From positions 1,264 through 65,263 of the forward strand of contig CAJKQK010000003.1 of the NCBI GenBank assembly GCA_905202055.1: a DNA stretch of 64,000 nt, written 5' to 3'. The notes under the pieces were generated by a model. That model worked only from the letters and a program-made list of their open reading frames with translations, was not told the origin of the DNA and searched no databases. This DNA comes from an uncultured Oxalobacter sp. Lineage in GTDB: Bacteria; Pseudomonadota; Gammaproteobacteria; Burkholderiales; Burkholderiaceae_D. The number at the start of each line of letters is the position of its first letter. The first letter of the stretch is position 1. The position numbers and the translations under genes were made by a program. Below are positions 33,405-44,781 of the stretch, piece after piece.

Positions 33405-35219
33405 TCAAAGCGGCTCCGTACGTCTGATGAGCCAGTTTTTGACGTGTTCGGGCACGAAAGGCATGAGCTTGTCACGCACGCCCTCGTGATACCGGTTCAG
33501 CCATGCGATCTCATTTTCGTCAAGCAGGTCCTTTTCAATGCACCTCGTGTCGATGGGGCATTGGGTCAGCGTCTCAAAGTTCAGAAATCTGCCGAATTCA
33601 GTATCCTTGTAAAAGCGGTTGACGACCAGATTTTCTATCCGGATGCCCCATCTGCCTTCTTTGTAGAGTCCCGGTTCCACAGACGTTACCATGCCTTCTT
33701 CCATTGCGGTTTGTGGTTCCGGTTTTGCATGATACGAGATGCCCTGAGGGCCTTCATGCACGTTCAGGAAATATCCGACCCCATGCCCTGTTCCATGTCC
33801 GTAATCGGCTCCATGAGCCCATAAAGGCTTTCTGGCTATGCTGTCGAGCATGGCCGCCGGTATCGATTGCGGAAAACAGGTATCCGACAATGCAATCATT
33901 CCTTTCAGAACGAGCGTGAAGTCCTTTTTCTGTTCCTGACCCGGCAAGCCAACCGGAATGACTCTCGTCATGTCAGTCGTTCCGCCCAGATACTGTCCGC
34001 CTGTATCGATCAGCAACAGGCCATCTTTTTCAATGAAAGAAAAATCTGTTTCCGTCGCCTGATAATGAGGCAAGGCTGCATTTTCATTGAACCCTGCAAT
34101 CGTTTTGAAACTGGGAGAAATATAACAGGGTCTTTTCGAGCGGAATTCCTCGATTTTCTCAGCGACAGCCAGTTCGGATATCCGGCTGTTTCCGTTTTCG
34201 ATAGCCGTATCGAACCATGCCTGAAACTCGCAGAAAGCCGCACCATCCTCGATCATCGTTCTGCGAATGTTTTCTATTTCAAATGCTTCTTTTCTGGACT
34301 TCAGAAGTACGGCGGGATTGATGGTCTCAATGAATTTCACTCCAGAATTGACTTGACGATACATTGAATAGGATGTTCTTCTGGGATCAAGTAACATTGC
34401 CGTTCCCGAAGGTATCCGTTGCAAAACTCCGGAAATTTCTTCATAAGCTTTTATTTCAATACCGTCGGATACAAGAGACTTCCGGATTTCATCAGAAAGC
34501 TTATCACTATCGATAAACAGTACGGCCTTTTCAGGACCGATCAGGGCATAAGCAATGAAAACCGGATTGAATTCGATATCGCTTCCTCTCAGGTTGAACG
34601 TCCAGGCGATATCGTCAAGTGTCGATATCAGATGCCAATTCACCGCCGACTCTTTCATATGATATCTGATACGTTCGATTTTATCGATTCTCGACATGGC
34701 CACAAATTGCCTCGTATGCTCGAATACGGGTGTTTTCGGAATGGACGCCCGGTCTTTCCAGATGGACGAAATCAAATCGACGTCAGGCCTGAATGACAGT
34801 TGATTGTCAGTCAGCGCCTTTTCCAGCAGTCTTCCCTGACTCAGGGAAAGAAGATGTCCATCAATGGCGACCGTCGCACCTGCAGGAAGATGTGCCTCAA
34901 TCCACTTCAGATAGGGTATCTGCGCTCCTCCGGATACCCTGCACATTTCAATTCCAGACCCTTCCAGCTGTTTTTCGGCTTGTGTCCAGTACCGGCTGTC
35001 TACCCATAATGAAGCCTTTTTCATCCCCACAATCAGGGTACCCGCTGAACCGGTAAAACCTGAAAGCCATTCCCTGCTTCGCCAGTGCAAAGGCAGATAT
35101 TCGGAAAGGTGCGGATCGGAAGTGGGAACAATCAGGGTATCGACGGACTGCTCTTTCATTTCCTGTCTTAATGCCGTCAGACGCGTCCTGATGTCATTCG
35201 ATATGGAGGATGTATTCAT
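33405..35219 (-). CDS. Aminopeptidase P family (M24B Xaa-Pro aminopeptidase, three-domain type).
   Basis: About 604 aa from the likely start MNTSSISND at 35219. The C-terminal pita-bread fold carries metal ligands (HGTGHGVGYFLNVHE, EPG). Confidence 0.8.
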   Translation of the reverse strand: MNTSSISNDIRTRLTALRQEMKEQSVDTLIVPTSDPHLSEYLPLHWRSREWLSGFTGSAGTLIVGMKKASLWVDSRYWTQAEKQLEGSGIEMCRVSGGAQIPYLKWIEAHLPAGATVAIDGHLLSLSQGRLLEKALTDNQLSFRPDVDLISSIWKDRASIPKTPVFEHTRQFVAMSRIDKIERIRYHMKESAVNWHLISTLDDIAWTFNLRGSDIEFNPVFIAYALIGPEKAVLFIDSDKLSDEIRKSLVSDGIEIKAYEEISGVLQRIPSGTAMLLDPRRTSYSMYRQVNSGVKFIETINPAVLLKSRKEAFEIENIRRTMIEDGAAFCEFQAWFDTAIENGNSRISELAVAEKIEEFRSKRPCYISPSFKTIAGFNENAALPHYQATETDFSFIEKDGLLLIDTGGQYLGGTTDMTRVIPVGLPGQEQKKDFTLVLKGMIALSDTCFPQSIPAAMLDSIARKPLWAHGADYGHGTGHGVGYFLNVHEGPQGISYHAKPEPQTAMEEGMVTSVEPGLYKEGRWGIRIENLVVNRFYKDTEFGRFLNFETLTQCPIDTRCIEKDLLDENEIAWLNRYHEGVRDKLMPFVPEHVKNWLIRRTEPL

Positions 35220-35354
35220 ATTTTTCTTTTTGGAAACTGATGAAACAATTATTGTCGAATAATCTTTAAACGATATCATCTTTAAGACAATAGGAATTGT
35301 CAAAATAGGGATTTTCATCTTATAGTCGGCTTATTCCGAACTACTTCAGTATTA

Positions 35355-35939
35355 GTGAAAGTTTCCGTTATGACAGAATCGATCAAAGCAAAGGCCCTGG
35401 ATATTCTGAAAAATTCCGAACGGATTTTTTCACCTGAGCAAATTCAGAAGGCGATAAATGAGGTGGCGATGAAACTGAATCATGACTTCGACACTCTGGA
35501 TGTCAAAACACCTCCTCTTGTTTTGAGCATTATGGGAGGTGCAGCCATTTTCACAGGGCAACTGTTACCTCATCTGAGTTTTCCTCTTGAATTCGATTTC
35601 ATACATGTTTCCCGCTACGGTAATGAAGAATATGGCGGTGAATTCATCTGGAAAGTCATTCCCAGACAAAATGTCATCAACAGAACCGTCATTGTTCTGG
35701 ATGACATTCTGGACGAAGGACAGACCCTGCTGCATGTTCGTGACAAATTGATGGATATGGGAGCGGCAAAGGTGGCTATCGCTGTCTTTGCCGACAAACA
35801 GACTGGGGCGACAAAACCGATCAGGGCCGACTATGTCGGCCTGGAGGTACCTAACCAGTTCGTTATCGGGTTTGGTATGGATATAGGAGGCTTCTGGCGC
35901 AATCTGCCCGATATACGCGTCCTCTCGAAGGAATTGTAA
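35355..35939 (+). CDS. hpt: Hypoxanthine-guanine phosphoribosyltransferase (type I PRTase).
   Basis: The PRPP-binding motif VIVLDDILDEGQTL is present. Confidence 0.78.
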   Translation: MKVSVMTESIKAKALDILKNSERIFSPEQIQKAINEVAMKLNHDFDTLDVKTPPLVLSIMGGAAIFTGQLLPHLSFPLEFDFIHVSRYGNEEYGGEFIWKVIPRQNVINRTVIVLDDILDEGQTLLHVRDKLMDMGAAKVAIAVFADKQTGATKPIRADYVGLEVPNQFVIGFGMDIGGFWRNLPDIRVLSKEL

Positions 35940-35987
35940 TCAGATTCCAGACAATGATCATTAAATAGTTATCAAAATAATAATTAT

Positions 35988-36926
35988 TTAATGCATCGGC
36001 CTTATTTTCTGAATCAGTCCATCCAGAATATCGAGATTGGCAAAATCGATAACGAGCTGCCCGCGTCCTTTCGAACCCAGACGGAAACTGACTTTGGTCG
36101 CCAGCAAGTCTGACAGTTCTTCTTCCAGCTGTACCAGATCGGACGATTTTTCCTCTGCGGTTTTTTTTGCGGAATTCCTGTTATTCAATTCCTGTGCCAC
36201 CAGCTTTTCAGCTTCCCGAACCGACATTCTTTTTGCAACGATCTGGGTTGCCAGGGCAATCTGGGTTGCCCCGTCCACTGCGAGCAGTGCCCGGGCATGT
36301 CCCATATCGATATCACCGGCAACAAGCATTGTCTGGACAGGACGTGTCAGGTTCAAAAGGCGCAAGAGGTTCGACACGGCGCTTCTCGAACGACCGACTG
36401 CCGAGGCTGCCTGTTCATGGGTGAATTCGAAATCGGTAATCAGTCGATGAATGCCCTGTGCTTCTTCAAGTGGATTCAGGTCTTCGCGCTGCATGTTTTC
36501 GATCAACGCCATTGCAGCAGCCGTTTGATCGTCAACGTCTTTCACGATGACCGGCATATCGGACAGGCCTGCTATCTGGGCGGCACGATAACGGCGTTCG
36601 CCGGCAATGATTTCATATACCGTTTTATTTCCATTGCCGGAAACGGGTCTGACGAGAATCGGCTGCATAACCCCCTGTTCACGTATGGACTGGGCCAGTT
36701 CATTCAAGGCCCCCTCATCCATGCGGTTACGGGGCTGGTATTTTCCCGCCTGCAACTGGGTGATCGGCAAACTCGATACCGGCGAAGGGTCGGCTGAAAA
36801 ATCAGGCGCGGATCCAAGTAATACTTCAAGTCCGCGTCCCAAACCTTTTTTCTTTTTCGTACTCGTTTCACTCATTTTATCGCCCGTATCCTTATTTAAA
36901 AAGTTCAGTTCCGGTTTTTCAGCCAT
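35988..36926 (-). CDS. parB: Chromosome partitioning protein ParB.
   Basis: 312 aa, with the ParB box GERRYRAAQIAG and an HTH. Confidence 0.9.
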   Translation of the reverse strand: MAEKPELNFLNKDTGDKMSETSTKKKKGLGRGLEVLLGSAPDFSADPSPVSSLPITQLQAGKYQPRNRMDEGALNELAQSIREQGVMQPILVRPVSGNGNKTVYEIIAGERRYRAAQIAGLSDMPVIVKDVDDQTAAAMALIENMQREDLNPLEEAQGIHRLITDFEFTHEQAASAVGRSRSAVSNLLRLLNLTRPVQTMLVAGDIDMGHARALLAVDGATQIALATQIVAKRMSVREAEKLVAQELNNRNSAKKTAEEKSSDLVQLEEELSDLLATKVSFRLGSKGRGQLVIDFANLDILDGLIQKIRPMH

Positions 36927-37678
36927 CCCAGCATTTCCTCGGCAAAGCTGAGGTACGCTTGTGCCCCGCGCGAGGAAGGATCGAAATCAATGCCCGGCAA
37001 ACCGTAGGAAGGTGCCTCAGCCAAACGGACATTTCGTGGAATCACCGTTTTAAAGACTCTGTCCCCAAAATGTCTTTCGAGCTGTTCTGACACATGCTGG
37101 GACAGGGTTGCCCGCTTGTCGAACATGACTCTCAGCAAACCGATTATTTTCAGATCACGGTTCATATTGGCATGAACCTGCTTGATTGTATTGACCAGAT
37201 CGGACAATCCTTCCAGAGCGTAATATTCACATTGCATCGGTATGATGACCCCATTTGCCGAACAAAACGCATTCAGAGTCAGCAGGGACAAGGCTGGAGG
37301 ACAATCGATGAGAATGTAATCATACCCGTCCTTTACGGTATCCAGCGCTTCTTTAAGACGTTTTTCCCGACGTTCGATATCGACCATTTCGACCTCGGCA
37401 CCTGCAAGGTCCCGGTTTGACGGAAGCAAGTCATAATTGCCTGTCGATGAGCGTACACATGCCGATTCGATATTATCAAGACCCAGAAGCACCTGATAAA
37501 CGGATGTTTCCAGTTCCGATTTCTGAATGCCGCTTCCCATCGTTGCATTGCCTTGCGGATCGAGATCGACCAGAAGCACTTTCTGATCCAGTCGCGCAAG
37601 GCCGGCTGCCAGATTGACTGTGGTCGTTGTTTTTCCGACTCCACCCTTCTGATTGGCGATACAAAATATCGTGGCCAT
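36905..37678 (-). CDS. parA: Chromosome partitioning ATPase ParA/Soj.
   Basis: The deviant Walker A KGGVGKTTT is present. Confidence 0.9.
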   Translation of the reverse strand: MATIFCIANQKGGVGKTTTTVNLAAGLARLDQKVLLVDLDPQGNATMGSGIQKSELETSVYQVLLGLDNIESACVRSSTGNYDLLPSNRDLAGAEVEMVDIERREKRLKEALDTVKDGYDYILIDCPPALSLLTLNAFCSANGVIIPMQCEYYALEGLSDLVNTIKQVHANMNRDLKIIGLLRVMFDKRATLSQHVSEQLERHFGDRVFKTVIPRNVRLAEAPSYGLPGIDFDPSSRGAQAYLSFAEEMLGWLKNRN

Positions 37679-37730
37679 AACTATGCTCTATAAAAAGACA
37701 ATGATCGATACATGCTGATACCTCCGGCAA

Positions 37731-38420
37731 TCATTTCTTTTTATCGATAAAAAGAAGATGGCGTTGTGCATCAAGCTGCGGTACTTTTAATGCTTCAATA
37801 CGTTTTACAGTCCAGCCAGATTCAAGGTTACTGATTTCATCCCCGGGAATCAATCCTTTCATGGCATAAAAGAGACCGTTTTCCGATAACAAATGAGCAG
37901 ACAGGCCGACAAAGTCATTCAAACTGGCAAATGCACGGGAAATAATCCCGTCAAACGGCTCCTCAACTTCCAGTTCTTCAACACGCCCCGTATAAACCGT
38001 CACATTATTCAAACCAAGTTCAATCTTGGCCTGATTCAAAAAAGCTGTCTTTTTATGCACAATATCGATCATCGATACTTTCATATCCGGATAGACAATT
38101 GACAAAACAAGTCCGGGCAATCCTCCTCCTGACCCTACATCCAGCAGACGCCTTGTTTCCGACAAATACGGAACGACAGCAAGCGAATCCAGCAAATGAT
38201 AAGTCAGCATGGCCTGCGGGTTTCTGACGGCCGTTAAATTATAGGTAGAATTCCATTTATCCAACAGAACCAGATAGTCCAGCAATTTTTTTACCTGATC
38301 ATTTGCCAGCCTGATATTCAAGGCAATAATGCCATCTATCAGGTCAGTCCGGATTTCATCCCAATCAATCAGATTTCTCTGTTTTTTATACATGAAACGA
38401 TCAGGCCTCCAGTTCAGCAA
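37731..38420 (-). CDS. rsmG: 16S rRNA (guanine527-N7)-methyltransferase RsmG (GidB).
   Basis: 229 aa, with the SAM motif [13 protein letters not shown]. Confidence 0.85.
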   Translation of the reverse strand: MLNWRPDRFMYKKQRNLIDWDEIRTDLIDGIIALNIRLANDQVKKLLDYLVLLDKWNSTYNLTAVRNPQAMLTYHLLDSLAVVPYLSETRRLLDVGSGGGLPGLVLSIVYPDMKVSMIDIVHKKTAFLNQAKIELGLNNVTVYTGRVEELEVEEPFDGIISRAFASLNDFVGLSAHLLSENGLFYAMKGLIPGDEISNLESGWTVKRIEALKVPQLDAQRHLLFIDKKK

Positions 38421-40332
38421 AATCGATCAATCCCTGCTTCTTCAAGTAAATCAGCAATAATGAAATGGCGGCTGGAGTGACCCCGGAAATACGGGATGCC
38501 TGTCCCAGTGTTTCAGGTTTTTGCCTGTCCAGTTTTTGCCTGACTTCTATCGACAGGGCATTGACTTCTGCATAACTCATGTCCTGTGGCAAACGCAGAT
38601 TTTCATAATACTGCTGACGCCTGACTTCACGGGTTTGCCTTTCGATATAACCCGCGTATTTGATCTGGATTTCAACCTGTTCCCTGACCTTTTCGTCCAG
38701 TTCTTCTTCAGATGCCCAGTTTTTACCCTCAACTGACGTCAGGCTTGCCAGTTTGTCATAATCCACATCCGGACGTTTCATCAGGTCAGCCAGCGAATAT
38801 TCACGTTCAATTTCCTTGCCAATAACTCTTTCAGCTTCTTTTGAACTCAACATAGAAGGATGAACCCAGGTCGATTTCATTCGTTCGATTTCACGGGCGA
38901 TTTTTTCCCGCTTTTGCTCGAAATCGATCCACTGCTCCAAAGGTACACACCCCAGTTTATAACCGATTTCAGTCAGGCGGATATCGGCATTATCTTCACG
39001 CAGACTCAATCTGTATTCAGCACGACTTGTAAACATGCGATAAGGCTCCTGTACACCTTGTGTGATAAGATCATCCACCATGACGCCCATATAAGCCTCA
39101 CTGCGTTTCGGCACCCACGGCTCTTTTTCCTGAACATAGAGTGAAGCATTGATCCCCGCCAGTAAACCCTGTGCGGCAGCTTCTTCATATCCAGTCGTTC
39201 CGTTTATCTGTCCGGCAAAGAAAAGGCCCTTGATCTGGCGTGTTTCCAGGGACGATTTCAGACAACGTGGATCATAGAAATCATATTCGATCGCATAACC
39301 CGGCCTTAAAATATGTGCCTTTTCCAGGCCCGGAATCGACCTTACCAGATCAATCTGTGTTTCAAATGACAGACTTGTTGAAATTCCATTCGGATAATAT
39401 TCATTCGTTTTCACTCCCTCAGGCTCCAAAAAGATCTGATGGGAATTCTTATCCGAAAAACGATGAATTTTATCTTCGATGGAAGGACAGTAACGTGGTC
39501 CCACTCCTTCGATAACACCAGTAAAAAGCGGACTTTTATCCAGACCTGCCCGGATAATGTCGTGCGTTTTCGTATTCGTATGCGTTATCCAGCACGGTAA
39601 TTGTTCCGGATGCATTGAAGCGTTTCCACGGAGGGAAAAAACAGGCACAGGATCAAGATCACCCAGCTGTTTTTTCATCACTGAAAAATTAATGGTATTT
39701 CCATCAATTCTGGGAGGAGTTCCTGTTTTCAAACGTCCCTGTGGTAAATTCAATTCTTTAAGAGAATGAGATAAAACCAATGCAGGAACATCGCCAGCAC
39801 GCCCACCCGGATAAGAATTCAAACCAACAAATATTTTCCCATCAATAAAAGTACCGGCTGTCAAAACAACAGAAGCGCCTCGAAATTGAACACCACCCTG
39901 CGTTTTAACACCAACAACTTTTTCACCTTCCAGAATCAGATCATCAACCTGCTGCTGGAACAGAAGAAGATTTTTCTGGTTTTCCAACTGATAACGAATA
40001 GCCTGTCGATAAATCACCCTATCAATTTGAGCACGTGTCGCCCTAACAGCAGGACCTTTAGAGGAATTAAGAATTCTGAATTGAATCCCCGCCTCATCCG
40101 TTGCCAAAGCCATCACACCACCCATTGCATCCACTTCTTTAACGAGATGGCTTTTACCAATCCCACCAATAGATGGATTACAAGATAATTGACCAAGAGT
40201 TTCCAGATTATGGGTTATCAACAATGTTTTCATACCCATTCTTGCCGAAACCAGAGCAGCTTCCGTCCCGGCATGACCACCACCAACAACTATGACATCA
40301 AATTGAACCGAATAAAGCATAACGTTTTTCAT
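38401..40332 (-). CDS. mnmG: tRNA uridine-5-carboxymethylaminomethyl modification enzyme MnmG (GidA).
   Basis: 643 aa, with the FAD motif [15 protein letters not shown]. Confidence 0.95.
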   Translation of the reverse strand: MKNVMLYSVQFDVIVVGGGHAGTEAALVSARMGMKTLLITHNLETLGQLSCNPSIGGIGKSHLVKEVDAMGGVMALATDEAGIQFRILNSSKGPAVRATRAQIDRVIYRQAIRYQLENQKNLLLFQQQVDDLILEGEKVVGVKTQGGVQFRGASVVLTAGTFIDGKIFVGLNSYPGGRAGDVPALVLSHSLKELNLPQGRLKTGTPPRIDGNTINFSVMKKQLGDLDPVPVFSLRGNASMHPEQLPCWITHTNTKTHDIIRAGLDKSPLFTGVIEGVGPRYCPSIEDKIHRFSDKNSHQIFLEPEGVKTNEYYPNGISTSLSFETQIDLVRSIPGLEKAHILRPGYAIEYDFYDPRCLKSSLETRQIKGLFFAGQINGTTGYEEAAAQGLLAGINASLYVQEKEPWVPKRSEAYMGVMVDDLITQGVQEPYRMFTSRAEYRLSLREDNADIRLTEIGYKLGCVPLEQWIDFEQKREKIAREIERMKSTWVHPSMLSSKEAERVIGKEIEREYSLADLMKRPDVDYDKLASLTSVEGKNWASEEELDEKVREQVEIQIKYAGYIERQTREVRRQQYYENLRLPQDMSYAEVNALSIEVRQKLDRQKPETLGQASRISGVTPAAISLLLIYLKKQGLIDFAELEA

Positions 40333-40814
40333 CAGCTGTTTTGAGCTGAAAAATTGAAATGTTTCACGTGAAACATTGAAAAAGAATGAAAGGAAATTTG
40401 AGAAACGGAAAAAGATATTTTAGATCGTTTTTTCTTTCAATCACAAATTGAAGAATTTTTAATTTACCTATTGTTCAAAAAACCAACAAAAAGAGAATAA
40501 AATATGTTAACAAGATTGTTGATAAGTTGTGAGCCTTTTGGGAACAACCTTGCATAAAAAAAAGGCAGAAAAAATATACAAAATATATACTTCACTTATC
40601 CAGAAAGCTTATTTTTTATAACACATTGATTTTAAATGAATTATAATACTTATTCACATAAAAATGGAATTCTATTATTCCTATGTATATATATGAATAA
40701 CTATTAAATAAATGCATTTCAGTATCACCAACCTGAACAATTTTAGCTTTAGTTGTTCATCTGATAGAATGATGCCTGTTCAACATGGCCTTTTAATTTG
40801 AGAAGACAAAACAA
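40333..40814. other. Candidate chromosomal replication origin (oriC): an AT-rich ~480-bp intergenic region with parS and DnaA-box-like 9-mers.
   Basis: TTATTCACA at 40650..40658 fits TTATNCACA. TTATCCAGA at about 40595 and TTATCAACA on the minus strand at 40517..40525 each have one mismatch. GATCGTTTTTTCT resembles the E. coli 13-mer DUE GATCTNTTNTTTT. The region is next to gidA/mnmG, as in E. coli. Confidence 0.4.
40360..40375. promoter_or_regulatory. Perfect parS centromere site TGTTTCACGTGAAACA.
   Basis: Exact 16-bp palindrome matching the chromosomal ParB-binding consensus, 28 bp upstream of the mnmG start. Confidence 0.75.
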
Positions 40815-42104
40815 ATGAATTCGCAAGATCAAAAAAAAGAGCTGCTTAAAAAAAATGCACTCGCTTTCCATCGTTTCCCCATTCCGGGAAAAATCAGTGT
40901 TACTCCAACCAAGGAAGTCAGAGATCAGAATGAACTGGCACTTGCCTACACTCCGGGTGTAGCATGCGCCTGTGAAGAAATTCATGCCGATCCTGAAAAT
41001 GCCTATATTTACACGACCAAGGGAAATCTGGTTGCTGTTATTTCAAACGGCACTGCCGTCCTGGGCCTTGGCAATATCGGAGCACAAGCTTCCAAACCGG
41101 TTATGGAAGGTAAGGGCGTTCTTTTCAAAAAATTTGCCGACATCAACGTTTTCGATCTGGAAATCGACGAACTGGATCCGGAAAAACTGTGCGATATCAT
41201 TGCTTCCCTGGAACCTACTTTCGGTGGTATCAATCTTGAAGACATCCGCGCGCCTGAATGCTTCTATATTGAAAGAAAACTGCGGGAAAGAATGAATATT
41301 CCTGTTTTCCACGATGATCAGCATGGTACGGCTGTCATCGTCGGAGCAGCTGTTCTGAATGCCCTGAAAGTCGTCGGCAAGGATATCAGGAATTGCAAAA
41401 TGGTTGTGTCGGGTGCAGGTGCAGGTGCTCTGGGCTGTCTGGAACTGCTGGTCGATTTGGGATTTCCTGTTGAAAACATCTGGGTCACCGACATCAAGGG
41501 CGTGGTCTATAAAGGCCGTAAGGAACTGATGGATCCGGAAAAAGAAAAATATGCCCAGGATACTGACAAACGTACCTTGATGGATGTTATTCCCGATGCG
41601 GATATTTTCCTAGGATTGTCTGCAGGCAATGTTCTGAAACCGGAAATGGTGCTGAAAATGGCAAAAGATCCCATTATCTTCGCTATGGCCAATCCAATTC
41701 CAGAAATTCTGCCGGAAGTCGCACACGCCACGCGTGACGATGTTGTCATGGGAACAGGACGTTCCGACTATCCGAACCAGATCAACAATTCCATGTGTTT
41801 CCCTTATCTTTTCAGAGGAGCTCTGGATTGCCGCGCAAAAACAATCAATCGTGAGATGGAACTGGCAGCCGTTCGTGCCATTGCAAGTCTGGCTGAAATG
41901 GAATGTCCGGATGAAATCGTGGCAATGTATGGCAAAAAATATACCTTTGGCCGTGATTATCTGTTGCCGTTCCAGTTCGATCCACGTCTGTTGTGGGTTG
42001 TTGCTCCTGCTGTGGCTCAGGCAGCTATGGATTCCGGTGTGGCGCGTGCGCCGATCGCCGATATGGATGCATATCGGGCAAAACTGAAAGAATTCGTGAA
42101 GTAA
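40815..42104 (+). CDS. NAD(P)-dependent malic enzyme (short form, no PTA domain).
   Basis: 429 aa, with malic enzyme N- and NAD-binding domains ([11 protein letters not shown]). Confidence 0.82.
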   Translation: MNSQDQKKELLKKNALAFHRFPIPGKISVTPTKEVRDQNELALAYTPGVACACEEIHADPENAYIYTTKGNLVAVISNGTAVLGLGNIGAQASKPVMEGKGVLFKKFADINVFDLEIDELDPEKLCDIIASLEPTFGGINLEDIRAPECFYIERKLRERMNIPVFHDDQHGTAVIVGAAVLNALKVVGKDIRNCKMVVSGAGAGALGCLELLVDLGFPVENIWVTDIKGVVYKGRKELMDPEKEKYAQDTDKRTLMDVIPDADIFLGLSAGNVLKPEMVLKMAKDPIIFAMANPIPEILPEVAHATRDDVVMGTGRSDYPNQINNSMCFPYLFRGALDCRAKTINREMELAAVRAIASLAEMECPDEIVAMYGKKYTFGRDYLLPFQFDPRLLWVVAPAVAQAAMDSGVARAPIADMDAYRAKLKEFVK

Positions 42105-42111
42105 TTTCCGA

Positions 42112-42148
42112 AGATAAAAAAACCGCGCTTGAGGCGCGGTTTTTTTTA
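42112..42148. terminator. Bidirectional terminator shared by the malic enzyme gene (+) and pyrC (-).
   Basis: aaaaaaaccgcgcttgaggcgcggtttttttt. Confidence 0.6.
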
Positions 42149-43177
42149 TTTCAATTGCCAGTTGAGGGTTTCACCTGCCATAAGCGGAATAATCCTGTTC
42201 TCTCCAAATGGCAAATCCTGCGGGATAGTCCATTCTTTTTTAACCAGTGTGATTTTATTCCGGTTAACGTTCTGATTGTAGAATTTGGGACCGTTAATGC
42301 TGGTGAACCATTCGATTTTTTCCAGTGCACCGATTTCATCAAAGGCCTGAACATAAAGTTCAATGGCATGCAAAGCTGTGTAGCAACCGGCACATCCACA
42401 AGCGTTTTCTTTTGCATCCTGCGCATGAGGAGCGGAATCGGTTCCCATAAAGAACCGCCTGTTTTCGATTGAAACAGCCTTTAAAAGAGCCTGTCTGTTT
42501 TCTTCCCGCTTCAAAATAGGCAGACAATAGTAATGTGGCCTCAGACCGCCCTGAAAGAGGCTGTTACGATTGAAAAGCAGGTGGTGGGCAGTAACGGTCG
42601 CGCCGATGTATCCTTCAGCCTCTGTGACGTATTGTGCGGCTTCCTTGGTGGTTATATGTTCGAATACGATCTTGAGGTCTGGCAGTTTTTTACGAAGTGG
42701 AATCAAAACCTTGTCGATGAAAACGGCTTCCCTGTCGAAAATATCAATGGACGGGTCAGTTACTTCACCATGCATCAGTAATGGAATACCCTGTTTTTGC
42801 ATTTCTTCGAGGGTGGCAATGCAATTGTCCAGGGATGTAACTCCTGCATCGGAATTGGTAGTCGCTCCTGCAGGATACAGTTTGACGCCATGAATGATTC
42901 CGCTTTCCTTTGCACATTTGATATCTTCCGGGCTTGTATTGTCCGTCAGATAAAGTGTCATCAATGGTTCGAACTCGCTGCCGGGAGGTAATGAATCCAG
43001 AATTCTTTTACGGTATTCCAGAGCCTGTTCCGTTGTCGTAACGGGCGGTTTGAGATTCGGCATAATGATGGCACGATGAAATTGCCGGGCAGCCTGTTGC
43101 ACGGTCGATTTCAATACATCCCCATCTCTCAGATGAAGATGCCAGTCGTCTGGTTGAATGATCGTCAAGGTTTGCAT
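42146..43177 (-). CDS. pyrC: Dihydroorotase, class II (homodimeric type).
   Basis: The N-terminal TIIQPDDWHLHLRDGD parallels E. coli PyrC KIRRPDDWHLHLRDGD. The likely start is MQTLTII at 43177; the ORF track extends to 43252. Confidence 0.85.
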   Translation of the reverse strand: MQTLTIIQPDDWHLHLRDGDVLKSTVQQAARQFHRAIIMPNLKPPVTTTEQALEYRKRILDSLPPGSEFEPLMTLYLTDNTSPEDIKCAKESGIIHGVKLYPAGATTNSDAGVTSLDNCIATLEEMQKQGIPLLMHGEVTDPSIDIFDREAVFIDKVLIPLRKKLPDLKIVFEHITTKEAAQYVTEAEGYIGATVTAHHLLFNRNSLFQGGLRPHYYCLPILKREENRQALLKAVSIENRRFFMGTDSAPHAQDAKENACGCAGCYTALHAIELYVQAFDEIGALEKIEWFTSINGPKFYNQNVNRNKITLVKKEWTIPQDLPFGENRIIPLMAGETLNWQLK

Positions 43178-43280
43178 ATTGGATTCTGGCATAGTAAATA
43201 ATAGGTCTTGGCTCTTTGAAACTTTTATTTTATTGTATTTGCTCCGGTTCATTCATCTTTTTTATAAGGTTTTCGTCAAA

Positions 43281-43820
43281 GTGAAAAATCGCATATCGAG
43301 AGTGATCACCCGTTCCGGCGATCGGGGCACAACAGGTCTTGCCGATGGCAGTCGTGTGTCGAAGGATAATATCAGGGTCGATGCCATCGGTCAGGTGGAT
43401 GAGCTTAATTCAGTGATCGGTCTGGTCATCAGTGAAGGTTTGCCTGAAAAAATGAGGCAGGAACTCCAGACCATTCAAAATGAATTGTTCAATATCGGTG
43501 GAGAGCTGGCAGTTGTGAAAACTTCATTGATGACGAAAGAAAAAGTGCTCGTTCTGGAGAAACTGGTTGAGGAATATAACAGGAAACTGCCTCCTCTTCG
43601 CGATTTCATATTGCCTGGAGGAACGAAGACAGCTGCCTTGTGTCATCTTGCCAGAAGCGTTTGCAGGCGTACCGAGCGCACTGTTGTGGCACTAGGAAAA
43701 CAGGAAGATATATCTCCTGTTCTTTACCAGTACCTTAACCGTCTGTCGGATCTGTTTTTTATTGTTGCACGTGTCGCCAACAAAATGGCGGACCAGTCCG
43801 ATATTTTCTGGAAAAAATAA
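43281..43820 (+). CDS. PduO-type ATP:cob(I)alamin adenosyltransferase.
   Basis: About 179 aa from the GTG at 43281. ITRSGDRGTTGLADGSRVSKD is the characteristic N-terminus. The ORF-track start at 43158 overlaps pyrC and is over-extended. Confidence 0.75.
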   Translation: MKNRISRVITRSGDRGTTGLADGSRVSKDNIRVDAIGQVDELNSVIGLVISEGLPEKMRQELQTIQNELFNIGGELAVVKTSLMTKEKVLVLEKLVEEYNRKLPPLRDFILPGGTKTAALCHLARSVCRRTERTVVALGKQEDISPVLYQYLNRLSDLFFIVARVANKMADQSDIFWKK

Positions 43821-43822
43821 GT

Positions 43823-44725
43823 TTACTGCTTTCGTTTGTCGAATTCGATACGGGCGTAAGCGGAATGGTTATGAATCGATTCAAAATTTTCCGCTTCCAG
43901 AGAATAAGCCTGTACGCGTGAATCGGCATTCAACATGCCAGCCACGTCACGAACCAGATCTTCGACGAATTTCGGATTGTCGTAAGCATGCTCGGTCACA
44001 TACTTTTCATCGGGACGTTTCAACAGGCCAAACAATTCACAGGAAGCCTGTGCCTCGATTTTCGAAATCAGGTCTTCGATCGGCAAGTCATCCTTGATAA
44101 TGGCATTGACGGTAATATGCGAACGCTGGTTATGGGCGCCGTACGCCGAGATTTCCTTGGAACACGGACACAGGCTGGTTACCGGAACGAGCACTTTTTG
44201 TGAAATTTCAATCTGGCCGTTTTTCATTTCCCCTGTCAGGCCCACTTCGTAATCCATCAGGCTTTTGACACCGGAAACCGGGGCTGCCTTGGTAATGAAA
44301 AACGGAAAAGACAGTTCTATACGTCCGGACTCAGCATCGAGCAATTCCAGCATATTGCGGATCAGTTTGCCGAAGATATCGATATTCAGCGGTTTGGAAT
44401 CGGAACTGGTGAATTCTTCGAGCAGGGCCATGAAACGTGACATGTGTGTGCCCTTTTTCTGTTCGGGGAGGTGCACATACATATTCCATGTACCGACGGA
44501 AGACTGGATGCCGTCTCTGGTCTGGATCTGAAGTGGATGGCGAACGCCTTTGACACCAACCCTTTGTATGGCTATGTGTCTGGTATCCAGCGTATTTTGT
44601 ACGTCCGGAATGGAAAAGTTGTCGTCTGCATTCATTTTTGGTGCCGATGAACTGGTTATGGTTGTATGAATGTTTGAGCAATCATCCCAGTTACATTCAA
44701 AAGAGTGTGAATCTCGGAAATTCAT
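43823..44725 (-). CDS. folE2: GTP cyclohydrolase FolE2 (type IB).
   Basis: 300 aa, FolE2/MptA family (DUF198-like core). Confidence 0.75.
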   Translation of the reverse strand: MNFRDSHSFECNWDDCSNIHTTITSSSAPKMNADDNFSIPDVQNTLDTRHIAIQRVGVKGVRHPLQIQTRDGIQSSVGTWNMYVHLPEQKKGTHMSRFMALLEEFTSSDSKPLNIDIFGKLIRNMLELLDAESGRIELSFPFFITKAAPVSGVKSLMDYEVGLTGEMKNGQIEISQKVLVPVTSLCPCSKEISAYGAHNQRSHITVNAIIKDDLPIEDLISKIEAQASCELFGLLKRPDEKYVTEHAYDNPKFVEDLVRDVAGMLNADSRVQAYSLEAENFESIHNHSAYARIEFDKRKQ

Positions 44726-44781
44726 TATTAAACCTTAAAAAACGGCGGTCGGTACAGGAAAGAAACAAAAAAGCTGACGAT

